Origin: an uncultured Candidatus Actinomarina sp.
GTDB taxonomy: Bacteria > Actinomycetota > Acidimicrobiia > Actinomarinales > Actinomarinaceae
DNA: 64,000 bases
NCBI GenBank assembly: GCA_902619825.1
Contig: CACNFT010000003.1
Location: forward strand, 78,461-142,460
Reading direction: 5' to 3'
Every line of letters starts with the position of its first letter. The stretch's first letter is position 1. This document shows positions 10,589 through 21,200 of the stretch, piece by piece. The translations under genes were made by a program, and so were the position numbers. The notes under the pieces were generated by a model. It saw only the letters and a list, made by a program, of their open reading frames with translations. It did no database searches and was not told the DNA's origin.

Positions 10589-12373
10589 ATAAATAGCTAG
10601 AAAATATAATTTCCAAAGCCTTTGTGCATTTATTCTTGACTTAAACCTAAACAAATTTTGTATTCTTGAAAAATTTATGTCAAGATTTATTCCTCTAATA
10701 ACATCTTTTACATCATTTGAATTTTCATAAATCCATTTTTCTAGATTGAATACAAAACCCATTTTGTCCCTTGTCAAAAAATCTTGGTCAAAATCATACG
10801 ATAAATACTTTTTGAGGATTGATTTATTATATATAGGTGAATTGTCATCAATTTTTGAACCTAAAACAAATTCAATTAATTTATGATCAACAAAAGGCGA
10901 TCTAACTTCTAAAGAATTTGCCATTGATGTAGTATCTACCTTTAACATCATCATCTCACTAAGAAAGAACTTATATTCTGTAATCATTATTGATTTAAAT
11001 TTGTCTGTATGCTTAGAGAAAAAAGATTTTTCAAATGTATGGTTTGAATTTAAATTCAGAATATCCAAAAAATTTTTATCACTAAAAAAAGAAGCGTACG
11101 CATTTATTTTTTCAGAATTATATTTTTTGAAATTATTTCCTGTACCAAGAAATTTTGGATACACTTTCTCAAGACTATTTGAAATATATTTTTTTGGTTT
11201 GTATCTTGACATATATTTTGATCTTTTGTAACCAAAAAGTAGTTCATCTCCTCCATCACCGGATATTGCGACTTTGTAATTTTGCGAAATTTCTTTTGAA
11301 ATTAAATAGGATGGTAAAGTTGAAGGATCAGAATAGGGCTCATCAAATGATTCTATTGACTCTTTTAATTTTCTGTCTAGATTTTTAAATTCAATAATAG
11401 AGTTTGTTTGGTTTGTTCCATATTTTTCTGAAACTTTTAAAAACCATTCGGATTCATCGTATTTTGGATCTGAGTAACCTACCGAGAACGTTGATAAATT
11501 TTTTTGAGTGTGGGATAAGTTTTTTATTATTGAAGACGAATCTATTCCTCCGGATGATAAAGTAGCAATTGGTACATCTGCTTCCAGTCTTTTTGAAACA
11601 GCATTAGAAAATTTATCAAAAAAAATATCTTCTTTAAAGACTTCATTTTCAATATAATTTTCTATTTCCCAATATTTATATTTTCTTTCAAGTTTAATTT
11701 CGTTTGATATATCAAACTGAATAATTTCTGCAGGTTGAACCTTATAAATATCCTTAAAAATTGTATTTGGTGAAGGGACAACACCATAATCAAGATAATC
11801 TACTAATGAGTTTTCATTTATATTGATTTGATTTTCTGACAAAGCTAATGGCCTAAGTCCTGATGAGAAGGAAAGATTATAAGAATTAAACTTATAAAAA
11901 AGTGGTTTTTGACCTACTCTGTCTCTTATTAAATAAACTTTATTTTTGGTTGAATCTAAAAAAGTAATTGCAAATTGTCCTTCAATCTTGTTTATAAAAT
12001 CTAGACCATAAATTGATAACCCATTTAACAGTGTCTCAGTATCGCTATGGCTTGATTTAAATTTTATTCCATTAGACTCCATCTCTTTCCTTAATTGTCG
12101 ATGGTTGTATATCTCTCCATTAAATAAAATTAAATTTTTGTATTCATCTGAAACCATTGGCTGTGAAGCTTGATTGCTTAAATCAATAATCGAAAGTCTA
12201 TTGAAAAAAGCCAATATGTTTTTATTATTCTTGCTGTCGGGAAAAATTTTATCAATTTTCTGAAATATGTGTTTTGTTTCATCTGGTCCCCTACATGAAA
12301 TAACTTCATTGGATTCTTTATAAATTTCAAAATTATCGATTTTATCAGATATTTTTCCAATAAATCCACACAT
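10565..12373 (-). CDS. asnB: Asparagine synthase (glutamine-hydrolysing)-family amidotransferase, likely glycan-modifying
   Basis: N-terminal MCG, RLSIIDL, FNGEIYN, SGGIDSS, SGDGGDELL.GY and SLEVRSPF; located in the glycan cluster. Confidence 0.85.
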   Translation of the reverse strand: MCGFIGKISDKIDNFEIYKESNEVISCRGPDETKHIFQKIDKIFPDSKNNKNILAFFNRLSIIDLSNQASQPMVSDEYKNLILFNGEIYNHRQLRKEMESNGIKFKSSHSDTETLLNGLSIYGLDFINKIEGQFAITFLDSTKNKVYLIRDRVGQKPLFYKFNSYNLSFSSGLRPLALSENQININENSLVDYLDYGVVPSPNTIFKDIYKVQPAEIIQFDISNEIKLERKYKYWEIENYIENEVFKEDIFFDKFSNAVSKRLEADVPIATLSSGGIDSSSIIKNLSHTQKNLSTFSVGYSDPKYDESEWFLKVSEKYGTNQTNSIIEFKNLDRKLKESIESFDEPYSDPSTLPSYLISKEISQNYKVAISGDGGDELLFGYKRSKYMSRYKPKKYISNSLEKVYPKFLGTGNNFKKYNSEKINAYASFFSDKNFLDILNLNSNHTFEKSFFSKHTDKFKSIMITEYKFFLSEMMMLKVDTTSMANSLEVRSPFVDHKLIEFVLGSKIDDNSPIYNKSILKKYLSYDFDQDFLTRDKMGFVFNLEKWIYENSNDVKDVIRGINLDINFSRIQNLFRFKSRINAQRLWKLYFLAIYLSWFDNR

Positions 12374-12376
12374 CTT

Positions 12377-13351
12377 TTAAATATTCCTATTTTTATTAAA
12401 GATTAGTGTTTTAAAAAAAATTGAAGTAAAAGAAAGTGGATATTTTAATTCAGATAATTTTCCATCAATAAAAGCATGTTTAAAAGTTTTTAATGAATTT
12501 ACCTTCCATTTATGAATAAGGTGATACTTTTGTTTATATAGTTTTCTATAAATATCTTGATAGATTTCTGCTGTTTTAGACAATATTCCAACAGGGGTCC
12601 AAGGTTTATGACTTCCTGCAAAATGTACAAAAACATTTTCTTTACAAATATTTTCTAAATCAAATTTTCTCTCTTCGTCACAGTTGTAAAAAAGATTTAC
12701 AACATAATTGTATGATTTTGGTAGTTTTAAATATTTACCATCAAAGAAAGAATTTAAAATATCTTGGTCCCAAAATTGGATATCTTCAGATAAATCGTCA
12801 ATTAAATTTACTAATTTTTGATTTATTCCTTTTTCTAACCAATTTTTAAAATTTATTAACATTACTCCAGCGTTGAAATATTCATTATTTGACATATTTA
12901 ATTTTTGAAATAATTTTTCACTATCTGATTTTCTTAGAATTTCAGGATAAGCAGCAATATCAAAATCCTTGTTCTCCATTTCATTTATTAGTTGGTAAAC
13001 GTATTTTATTGGATTATTTGTACAAAAAACATCTGGATCAAGATAGAGTAAAAAGTCAATTTCCTTAGGTAGATATTCATTTATAAACAAGCGATAATAC
13101 GTAGCCTCAGAAACATGCGCTTTATTAAGTTTTGGAAAGTTTTCAATATTTTTAAAAAATTTAAAAACTGAAATCGTATCTATGTTTCGATGATACTTAA
13201 TTTTTTCAGGTAAAAAATTAGAATTACTCTCACTTTTATGGATGATATAAATTGAGAGTTTTTCGTCTATATTCTCTAGAAGTGATAATAATGAAACACT
13301 TAGCTGATTATTATAGTTTTCATCTAAACAATATAAAATATTTATCATCAC
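12377..13351 (-). CDS. GT8-family glycosyltransferase
   Basis: TYYRL, LYLDPD, YFNAGVMLIN, DQDILN and HFAG..KPW motifs. Confidence 0.88.
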   Translation of the reverse strand: MMINILYCLDENYNNQLSVSLLSLLENIDEKLSIYIIHKSESNSNFLPEKIKYHRNIDTISVFKFFKNIENFPKLNKAHVSEATYYRLFINEYLPKEIDFLLYLDPDVFCTNNPIKYVYQLINEMENKDFDIAAYPEILRKSDSEKLFQKLNMSNNEYFNAGVMLINFKNWLEKGINQKLVNLIDDLSEDIQFWDQDILNSFFDGKYLKLPKSYNYVVNLFYNCDEERKFDLENICKENVFVHFAGSHKPWTPVGILSKTAEIYQDIYRKLYKQKYHLIHKWKVNSLKTFKHAFIDGKLSELKYPLSFTSIFFKTLIFNKNRNI

Positions 13352-13404
13352 ATTAATGTTAATAAGTTACTTAATAAACTTTTGTTTATTAACATCTATA
13401 CATA

Positions 13405-13719
13405 ATGGAAAATGAAATTGTTATTAAGATTTGTGGTAGCTATCCAATTGATTTCGTAAAAGTAGATATAGAAAATAATCCAAATTTTGTTTTTCAAAAT
13501 GATCAAGGATTTGAAACAATAAACGTATTTGATTCTGACGGAAACACTGCATCAGTTAATTCTTTTTTAGAGTGTGAGCATTATGTTTCTGGTGGGTGGG
13601 ACGTTATTCCAATTGAAAGAGCTGAAACTTTTTATTTTGATTTATTTTCAATATTTGCAGTTTTATCAGTAATTGTTGGTTTTATTTTTTCAAAAAAAAT
13701 AAAGATTATTAATGGTTAA
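13405..13719 (+). CDS. Hypothetical protein with C-terminal TM anchor
   Basis: 104-aa ORF with hydrophobic C-terminus; overlaps the next gene by 8 nt. Confidence 0.6.
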   Translation: MENEIVIKICGSYPIDFVKVDIENNPNFVFQNDQGFETINVFDSDGNTASVNSFLECEHYVSGGWDVIPIERAETFYFDLFSIFAVLSVIVGFIFSKKIKIING

Positions 13720-15655
13720 ATTAAAAAATAGATATTTGATTGCTATCAAAGTAGTTTTTCTATTGTTCATAATAATAATACCCTGGTCGATTTCAGATTA
13801 TGGAGATAATGTTAGACCTGAGAAAATAACTTCCGATCTTAGATTTTATGAAAGAAACACATGTAGTATTTCGATTAACGAATTTCTTATTTCAAATCCT
13901 AATGTGATTTATCAAGATCACTATAAAATAAGGTTCAATAACTATTCTTCAATTAAATGCTTTGGACAAATTACTGGTGTTGACCAAATCAATCACGACT
14001 TTTACATATCTGTAGGTTCTAATGTTTTGGTAGGTTTATTTTTACAGACTTCATTTTGGCTTTTGCTAATATCATTTATTAAGAAAGATGAAAATAAATT
14101 ATCTTTAAAAATAAAAGATTTTGTGCCAATATTTGTGATTCCCTTATTTTTAATTTTTGGATTATATTCAGAAATTAGGTTTTACTCAAAAAACCTTTAC
14201 CTGATTGATCTTACTAAATTTGATCATTATTTAAATCTTTATACATACTTCCTGTTTGTAACATTCTTTTCTTATCTGATTTTCCAGAATCGAAAAGAAA
14301 ATCTGATTTATTCTGTTCCCTACCTATTTTTATTCATGATGTTGTTTAACGGTTTTAATTTATACCTTCCAGTTATTTTCTTTGCAACCTACGGTCTGAA
14401 AGAAATATTGTCTGGAAAATTATCAAAAATATTTTTAACTATTTTATCCTTATATTCACTTTTTTGGTTATATCAAGCAGCAGGTAACAATTATTATTTA
14501 AAACCAGATAAAGTCAGAGGACTTTCAAGTACTATTTACACTTTTCCTGGAACATTTTATTGGACAGTAATTACTTTTACACTTGTTGTTGGAATTTTCT
14601 ATTATTTTTCTTCAAAAAAAGAAAAATTTGATTATAGTTTTCTGATTAAGCCTTTCTTGTTGTCTGGAATAGCAGTATTGATTGTTGGATATTTGAGCTC
14701 AGGCAATCCACTAATAAGATTTATGACATATTATTATTCCGGACTAACAAAGTATCCAACAGATAATCAAAATTTATTTTTGTTAAACGAGTGGGGAGAA
14801 AAAGTTGCATGGAGAGGTATGTTTCCAAGTGCTGAATCAATTGGAGAATTTTATGGACTAATATTGCTTTTGTTAATTTTAAAAATGTTTAGTCATAAAC
14901 AAATCAGCTATCTAGAAGCTATTTTTTCCTTATTTTGTATTTTGGGTTTGTATGCATCAAATAATAAGACAGCCTTTTTGTTATTAGCGTTTTGCATTTT
15001 ATACAAATATACTCAACAACTTAAGCCCAATAGAGTCATAAAAATAACATTATCTGGACTATTTCTGTTTCTTCTTATATTTTTCATTAGGCTGGATAAT
15101 TTGTTACTGGATTTTAATTTTACGTCAAATAATATGGTCGGTTTGGGTTACGCATCAGGTTATGAAAATTTTAGATCTTCTTCAATTAATTACTTAAGTA
15201 ACTTATCTAGTAATAATGTTATAAAGTTATTAATTATGATTGTTGGGCAAGTTGGATTCCTTATTAACAGATCAGAGTTATGGGGCCTTTTCCTTGCAAG
15301 GTATAATCCTAGTTTTAGTGAATTCATGTTGGGAACAGGTCCTTACAATCTTGCGAAGCACTATGGAGAGGTTGATATTGTCAACACCAGAAGTTTTCTA
15401 CTACCTCATTCAAGTTTTTTAAATCTAATTTTATTTTTTGGTTTTATATTTTTCATTTTTTTCATAGTTTTTGTTTTTAGAAAATTGATTAAATTGAAAA
15501 AAATAAACTTTGATTTGTATTTAATTAATATTTATATTTTTATTAATTTAATAAAGAGTGATTCCATTTTGTATATATCAACATTAACGACATACCTAGC
15601 CATTTTTACTATTTGTGTAGCAATAATACAAAAAAAATATTCAAAAGTAATATAG
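13712..15655 (+). CDS. Large polytopic membrane protein, O-antigen ligase/Wzy-like C-terminal part
   Basis: Many TM segments; R...W, LG.G and PHSSFL near the C-terminus as in the Wzy_C/WaaL fold. Confidence 0.55.
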   Translation: MVKLKNRYLIAIKVVFLLFIIIIPWSISDYGDNVRPEKITSDLRFYERNTCSISINEFLISNPNVIYQDHYKIRFNNYSSIKCFGQITGVDQINHDFYISVGSNVLVGLFLQTSFWLLLISFIKKDENKLSLKIKDFVPIFVIPLFLIFGLYSEIRFYSKNLYLIDLTKFDHYLNLYTYFLFVTFFSYLIFQNRKENLIYSVPYLFLFMMLFNGFNLYLPVIFFATYGLKEILSGKLSKIFLTILSLYSLFWLYQAAGNNYYLKPDKVRGLSSTIYTFPGTFYWTVITFTLVVGIFYYFSSKKEKFDYSFLIKPFLLSGIAVLIVGYLSSGNPLIRFMTYYYSGLTKYPTDNQNLFLLNEWGEKVAWRGMFPSAESIGEFYGLILLLLILKMFSHKQISYLEAIFSLFCILGLYASNNKTAFLLLAFCILYKYTQQLKPNRVIKITLSGLFLFLLIFFIRLDNLLLDFNFTSNNMVGLGYASGYENFRSSSINYLSNLSSNNVIKLLIMIVGQVGFLINRSELWGLFLARYNPSFSEFMLGTGPYNLAKHYGEVDIVNTRSFLLPHSSFLNLILFFGFIFFIFFIVFVFRKLIKLKKINFDLYLINIYIFINLIKSDSILYISTLTTYLAIFTICVAIIQKKYSKVI

Positions 15656-15671
15656 GTGTAGTTATTAAATT

Positions 15672-16586
15672 ATGAAAATTTTAGTTTTTGGAAGCAATGG
15701 GCTCGTTGGCAACTCTCTAAAAAGAAATCTTTCTCAAAATGATAAATATGAATGTATATTTTCAACTAGAGCAGATACAGATTTGTTTTCATTTAAAAAG
15801 ACCAAAGAAACAATAAAAAATTTCATGCCAGATTTAATTATCAATGCAGCAGCCAAAGTAGGTGGAATTTATGCAAATGACACTCAAGGTACTCAATTTT
15901 TACTAGATAATTTAAAAATTAACATCAATATCTTAGAGTCATTAATTGAATATAAGACTATAAAATTAATAAATCTTGGTAGCAGCTGTATTTACCCTTT
16001 AAACGCAGAAAATCCAATCAGTGAAAAGAGTTTTATGAATGGTACTTTAGAGCCAACTAATTCTCCTTATGCTATGGCAAAGCTAACTGGAATTGAACTT
16101 GGTAAAACTTTGAATAAGGATTTTGGTCATAAAATTATTAATTTAATGCCAACTAATCTTTATGGACCGAATGATAATTTTGATGGTTTAAATAGTCATG
16201 TAATTCCTGGTCTGATTTTTAGAATGAACAAGGCAAAAGAAAATGGAGATGATGAATTTTCGATCTGGGGTACTGGTAAACCATTAAGAGAATTTCTTTA
16301 TGTAGATGATCTATCAGAAGCAATAATATTTATACATGAAAATGACATAGAGGAAGACTTAATAAATGTAGGTAGTGGAATTGAGATTTCTATAAGTAGC
16401 TTGGCTAATCAAATAAAAAATGTAATTGGATTTGATGGAAAACTTAATTTTGACTCAAATATGCCAGATGGGAATCCAAGAAAACTATTAGATAGTTCTT
16501 TAATTAATAATTTGGGTTGGAAAGCAAAAACAACTCTTGAAGATGGTTTAAATTTAACTTATAACTGGTTTAAAAAAAATATTTAA
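15672..16586 (+). CDS. fcl: GDP-L-fucose synthase
   Basis: AAAKVGGI.AN, LGSSCIYP, LEPTN.PYA.AK, MPTNLYGP.DNF and WGTGKPLREFL. Confidence 0.93.
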   Translation: MKILVFGSNGLVGNSLKRNLSQNDKYECIFSTRADTDLFSFKKTKETIKNFMPDLIINAAAKVGGIYANDTQGTQFLLDNLKININILESLIEYKTIKLINLGSSCIYPLNAENPISEKSFMNGTLEPTNSPYAMAKLTGIELGKTLNKDFGHKIINLMPTNLYGPNDNFDGLNSHVIPGLIFRMNKAKENGDDEFSIWGTGKPLREFLYVDDLSEAIIFIHENDIEEDLINVGSGIEISISSLANQIKNVIGFDGKLNFDSNMPDGNPRKLLDSSLINNLGWKAKTTLEDGLNLTYNWFKKNI

Positions 16587-17608
16587 TCTTCCCAAGTTTT
16601 CGAGATAAGATTCTTTTCAAGTAAAACTTTTTCTTGTTCTGCTAATTTTAAATCTGACTCTACCATCATTACCGCTAAATCTTCAAAAGATACTTTTGGT
16701 TTCCAATCTAGCAAATTTTTAGCTTTATTAGGATTTCCTAGTAAATGATTAACTTCATTAGGTCTAATATATTTTTCATCAATCTTTACATAATCTTCCC
16801 ATTTAAGACCAACGTGATTAAATGAAATATCCAAAAATTCCTTTACACTGTGTGCTTCACCTGTTGCAATTACCCAATCATCTGCTTCTTTATATTGCAT
16901 CATTAACCACATGGCTTCAACATAGTCACCAGCAAAACCCCAGTCCCTTACAGCATCTAAATTTCCAAGAGAAATATTGTTTTGTATACCATGAACAATC
17001 CTTCCAATTCCTCTTGTAATTTTTCTTGTTACAAAAGTTTCTCCTCTTTCTGGTGATTCATGGTTAAACAAGATTCCGTTTACACAAAAAAGATTATAAG
17101 ACTCCCTATATATTTTTGTCATATGGTGTGCAAATACTTTCCCAGCAGCATATGGACTCTTTGGGTCAAATATAGAGTTTTCATCAAGGTAATCTGTGCT
17201 TACTCCTCCATACATTTCTGAAGATGAGGCTTGGTAATATTTTATTTCTTTCCCAAGATTTTTTACACTCTCAAGAAGAGAAACCGGTCCATTAGTACTT
17301 GTACTTACGGAAAAATGTGGATTTTTAAATGAAACAGCAACATGTGATTGAGCAGCAAGATTGTAAACCTCATCGGGTTGAATATTTTGTAGTAGTGAGT
17401 TAAGAGATGATGGGTCTAATAGATCCGAGTAGTAAAGATTAAGAATTTTTTTCTCTGAATATTGTGATATGAGTTCATCAATACGTTTTGTGTTAAAGGT
17501 TGATGACCTTCTAATTGTTCCATGAACTTCGTATCCTTTATCAATTAAAAACTTTGATAGATAATAACCGTCTTGACCTGTTACACCAGTTATAAAAGCT
17601 TTTTTCAT
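16583..17608 (-). CDS. gmd: GDP-mannose 4,6-dehydratase
   Basis: ITGVTGQDG, YNLAAQSHV.VSF, YQASSSE, SPYAAGK, FNHESPERGETFVTRKI and RDWG. Confidence 0.95.
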   Translation of the reverse strand: MKKAFITGVTGQDGYYLSKFLIDKGYEVHGTIRRSSTFNTKRIDELISQYSEKKILNLYYSDLLDPSSLNSLLQNIQPDEVYNLAAQSHVAVSFKNPHFSVSTSTNGPVSLLESVKNLGKEIKYYQASSSEMYGGVSTDYLDENSIFDPKSPYAAGKVFAHHMTKIYRESYNLFCVNGILFNHESPERGETFVTRKITRGIGRIVHGIQNNISLGNLDAVRDWGFAGDYVEAMWLMMQYKEADDWVIATGEAHSVKEFLDISFNHVGLKWEDYVKIDEKYIRPNEVNHLLGNPNKAKNLLDWKPKVSFEDLAVMMVESDLKLAEQEKVLLEKNLISKTWED

Positions 17609-17641
17609 ATTGTTAAAATTCTACACATATGTATTTGATAA

Positions 17642-18994
17642 TTACGATTTTTTTAAATACTGATTGCCTACGAAAAAATAAAATAATAGTGGGAAGTGGG
17701 CATTTTCCATCGAACTATCAAAAAAAGATACAAACATTACTGATGTAGAAAATATAATCATTTCAAAAAGTTGGTTATTTTTTTTAGCAGATTGAAATAG
17801 GGAGTAGTAAAAAGTAAAAAATACTAATAACTGTAAAAAACCTCCTCTCAAGAAAATAGTCAAGAAGTAATTATGTACATGTTCATTGAGTCCATCCAGC
17901 CCTCTCCTATCATTTCCATCCGCAACACCGATAGTATTTACTAAATTGTTTTCAATAAAAACATTGAATTTAGATTTATATCCTATCCCGTAAAACAATT
18001 TATTCTCTTGATAATTATCCTCTATTGCATCTTGCCAAAGTTGTAACCTCCAATTTAAGTTTCCATCTCCTGAGAACAGTCTTTTTTCTGATATGTAAAA
18101 CAGTGGATAGTCATCTTTATATTTTGAAAATTTATACTCACCTAAAGTTTTAAATGCATCAGGTATTTGTTCGATTGTTTCCTCGGAAAACTCAACTACT
18201 ACGTACCTTTGTGACAGAAAAGTTGAAACAATCAATAAGATTGATACAAATAAGAAAACTATTATTCTTCGAAAGTTAAACCTTAGTATTTCTTTTCTGT
18301 AAAGAAAAAGCTCATAAATTACAAAAATTAAAATTGAAATCAAAGCTGCTCTGCTTTTATATAAAAATAGTGGGAGAAATATGGATAAATTGACTAAAAA
18401 TAATTCAAAACCATATTGATTATGTTTATAAAATCTATTTAAAAAATAAATTAGAATAGCAAAGTTTATAACAATGTCAGAACCTTTATGGGGTTCATAT
18501 TTATCAGAATACGAATAAAAGAATTCAACTATATTTTCTGGAAAGTCATATATTGCGACAAGATATATTATTAATAAAGAAATTTGTAATAAGATTGAGT
18601 ATGGCCTTCTGAGGGTTTTGAGCTTTGGTAAAGTTAGACCTAGAAACAAAAAACCTATACTCCAAATATAAGAGCTTGCCTTATAAGTGTAAACATTAAA
18701 TAAATTGCTTCCTGTAAAAACTACCGTCATCCCAAAAGTTAATAAAACCAATACTGAAGTTAGAAAAATACTTTTGTATTTTTCCTCATAGATAGGTTTA
18801 AATATTATTAATGTAATTAAAAAAATTAGGGCTGAGAACGCCATAACTAATTCACCAAGTCTAAACATCCAAATTTGGATTCCCAAAAATGATCTAGTAA
18901 AGATAATTGATAAAAATAAAAATGTTATAACTAAAGTATTTAAATAATTGTTTTTAACATAATATTTTTCAATATAATTTTTTAGTGTATTCAT
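17642..18994 (-). CDS. O-antigen ligase (WaaL/Wzy_C)-family membrane protein
   Basis: Polytopic; SRAA, WRLQLW, GIGY and HNYFL...RGG motifs. Confidence 0.7.
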   Translation of the reverse strand: MNTLKNYIEKYYVKNNYLNTLVITFLFLSIIFTRSFLGIQIWMFRLGELVMAFSALIFLITLIIFKPIYEEKYKSIFLTSVLVLLTFGMTVVFTGSNLFNVYTYKASSYIWSIGFLFLGLTLPKLKTLRRPYSILLQISLLIIYLVAIYDFPENIVEFFYSYSDKYEPHKGSDIVINFAILIYFLNRFYKHNQYGFELFLVNLSIFLPLFLYKSRAALISILIFVIYELFLYRKEILRFNFRRIIVFLFVSILLIVSTFLSQRYVVVEFSEETIEQIPDAFKTLGEYKFSKYKDDYPLFYISEKRLFSGDGNLNWRLQLWQDAIEDNYQENKLFYGIGYKSKFNVFIENNLVNTIGVADGNDRRGLDGLNEHVHNYFLTIFLRGGFLQLLVFFTFYYSLFQSAKKNNQLFEMIIFSTSVMFVSFFDSSMENAHFPLLFYFFVGNQYLKKS

Positions 18995-18996
18995 TA

Positions 18997-20100
18997 TTAA
19001 GGTTTTATTAATCTGTATTCATTTTCAATCTTTTCATTATTTCTGAGGACCATAATAAGGGCCCAAATACATAACAATGTTCCATGTAGGTCGGATTGAT
19101 TTTCTCCATTTGTTATCTGTACGCCGTAATAATGTGTCTGAGATTTATCTTTATAGTAGGAAAATCCACCATCCGAAGAGTTATATAAAATATTTAATTC
19201 TTTAACTATCTCATTCATTAGTTGGTTGACTTGCTTTTTTCTATAACTTGTTTGTTGTGAACATTTGTACAAAACATATATAAAATCAACAACATCACAG
19301 CCTTCCATTATTGGTTTGTTGTTAAGACAAAAATCTATTAATTTATCTGGATAATGTATTTCTTGATCAAGCCAGTCGAGTCCCGATATAACTTTCATTG
19401 CACCATTAATTATTTCTCTTTCATGTTTAGGTTTTTGCATAAAATAAGAGCCCGTTTCTTTGTCTATAATTTTTTCTAAAAATAAAGATAATTCTTCCGA
19501 ATAATCTTTATTTTGCGTTTTTGAAAAAACGCATATTGAAGAAAATTGAGCCCCTGCATTCCAAGGTTTTGACCAATCAAGTTTATTTAAATATTCAGTA
19601 ATTGAATTTTCATTAAGTTCTAATTCAAAATTTTTTTCATTTTTATATCCAATTTGATATAAGGTAGAAATCGCTTGCTTTGTATCTGCATTGATAGCAT
19701 TTTGTAATTTTGTCTTTTTTGAATCATATTTAACATTTGTTAAAAGTGAAAGAATCGATTTGACTGTATATTTAAAGTCTTCTTTAAAAGGTAGATTTTT
19801 GTAATACTTTAAAAGTGCCTCATCTATAAATGAATTTTTCGGAAAATTTTTATTTTCTTTTTGATATGTATTTAAGTATTTGGCCCATTTATCAATTCTA
19901 TTTTCATAGTCAATCTCCAATTTTTTAGTCATATAAAGTATTTTTAATGCATAGGTACTAAATCCTAAATTGAGTTGGCCACCAGAATTTGTTAGTCCGC
20001 TTACCGATGGAAAAAATTCAAAATTATTTTCTTTTTTTAATGTATTTAAAAATAAGTAAGAACATTCAATTTTTTCTGTATATTCCGCATGACTTTTCAT
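18997..20100 (-). CDS. Hypothetical protein, possible alpha/alpha-barrel (prenyltransferase/squalene oxidase repeat-like)
   Basis: Helical sequence with D.ETG and SDGGFSY QW-like repeats; ATGA-coupled to the upstream glycosyltransferase. Confidence 0.5.
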   Translation of the reverse strand: MKSHAEYTEKIECSYLFLNTLKKENNFEFFPSVSGLTNSGGQLNLGFSTYALKILYMTKKLEIDYENRIDKWAKYLNTYQKENKNFPKNSFIDEALLKYYKNLPFKEDFKYTVKSILSLLTNVKYDSKKTKLQNAINADTKQAISTLYQIGYKNEKNFELELNENSITEYLNKLDWSKPWNAGAQFSSICVFSKTQNKDYSEELSLFLEKIIDKETGSYFMQKPKHEREIINGAMKVISGLDWLDQEIHYPDKLIDFCLNNKPIMEGCDVVDFIYVLYKCSQQTSYRKKQVNQLMNEIVKELNILYNSSDGGFSYYKDKSQTHYYGVQITNGENQSDLHGTLLCIWALIMVLRNNEKIENEYRLIKP

Positions 20101-21200
20101 CGTTTGAACACTCTATTTACAATGGTAGCTAATTGATTTCTCAAATTAAACGAGAAAATATTTCTAATCAATTTAAGAAATTTATTTCTAATCAAAAATA
20201 GACTTTTGAGATATTTATTTACAACAATATTTAATGAAGAATTTGATTTTTTATTGATTGTCTCTTCAAACAAGTCTAAAAATTCGTTACACATCTTTTC
20301 TGAATTAAATGGATATCCTTTTAGTTTTTCTAAATATATGTCATAATCATCAAATATTACTTCTAATTGTGGAACAAAATTATCATTGAATGCCAAACCA
20401 TAACCGTTGCAATACTCGGGAATACCACCGCTATCTTTGTACAGGATAGGAAGACCACACTGAGCAGCTTCTATATGGTGATTTCCAGATGGTTCGTTAA
20501 TTGAGCCAGTAACATACACATTATGTTTTTTTAGTTCATTTGCTAATTCGATTCCAGCAAGAGGCTCTACAATTTTGGTATTTCTAAAACTGTACTCACT
20601 AGAAATATTACCAATGTATGTAAATTCAATTTTATCTTTCCAGTATTCATTATTTAATAAGTTATCGATATCTGAATAAATATCAAAACCCTTATTTTTA
20701 TGTGAGCTCCAATGATGGGTTACTAACTTTAGCTTATTTTTTTTATCCCAAGTTTGTAGATTTTGGTTATTAAAAATTTTATTATTAGCACCTGCAAGTA
20801 TTACAGAAGTTTTTCCTTCAGGCATACCAATATTGAGATAAATATTTCTAAGCCATGAACTTACAAATATTACTTTATCTGCAACTTCACTTGCGTTTAA
20901 ATAGAATTTGTTAATATTTTCTGTATTTTTACGCTCATCACATTCATTTACTCTTTGCACAACAGCAACATTAGGATTTACATATTTTTTATACTGTTTT
21001 ATATCCTCGTGATTAAAAGTTGATGAAGACTCACCACGACTTCTAGGGTCAGTTAAAAGAATTAAGTCAATATCTGGTTCACTTAAATCATAAATAACTT
21101 TGTGTCCTCTTTCATTCAAAAAGTTCGTTAAATTTATTGCAAATAAATTTCCACCGCCCCAAGGTCCTCTTACAATTTTGGAGCCAATACTAACTTTCAT
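20097..21200 (-). CDS. GT4-like glycosyltransferase
   Basis: GPWGGG, KGFD and SINEPSGNHHIEAAQCGLP motifs. Confidence 0.75.
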   Translation of the reverse strand: MKVSIGSKIVRGPWGGGNLFAINLTNFLNERGHKVIYDLSEPDIDLILLTDPRSRGESSSTFNHEDIKQYKKYVNPNVAVVQRVNECDERKNTENINKFYLNASEVADKVIFVSSWLRNIYLNIGMPEGKTSVILAGANNKIFNNQNLQTWDKKNKLKLVTHHWSSHKNKGFDIYSDIDNLLNNEYWKDKIEFTYIGNISSEYSFRNTKIVEPLAGIELANELKKHNVYVTGSINEPSGNHHIEAAQCGLPILYKDSGGIPEYCNGYGLAFNDNFVPQLEVIFDDYDIYLEKLKGYPFNSEKMCNEFLDLFEETINKKSNSSLNIVVNKYLKSLFLIRNKFLKLIRNIFSFNLRNQLATIVNRVFKR

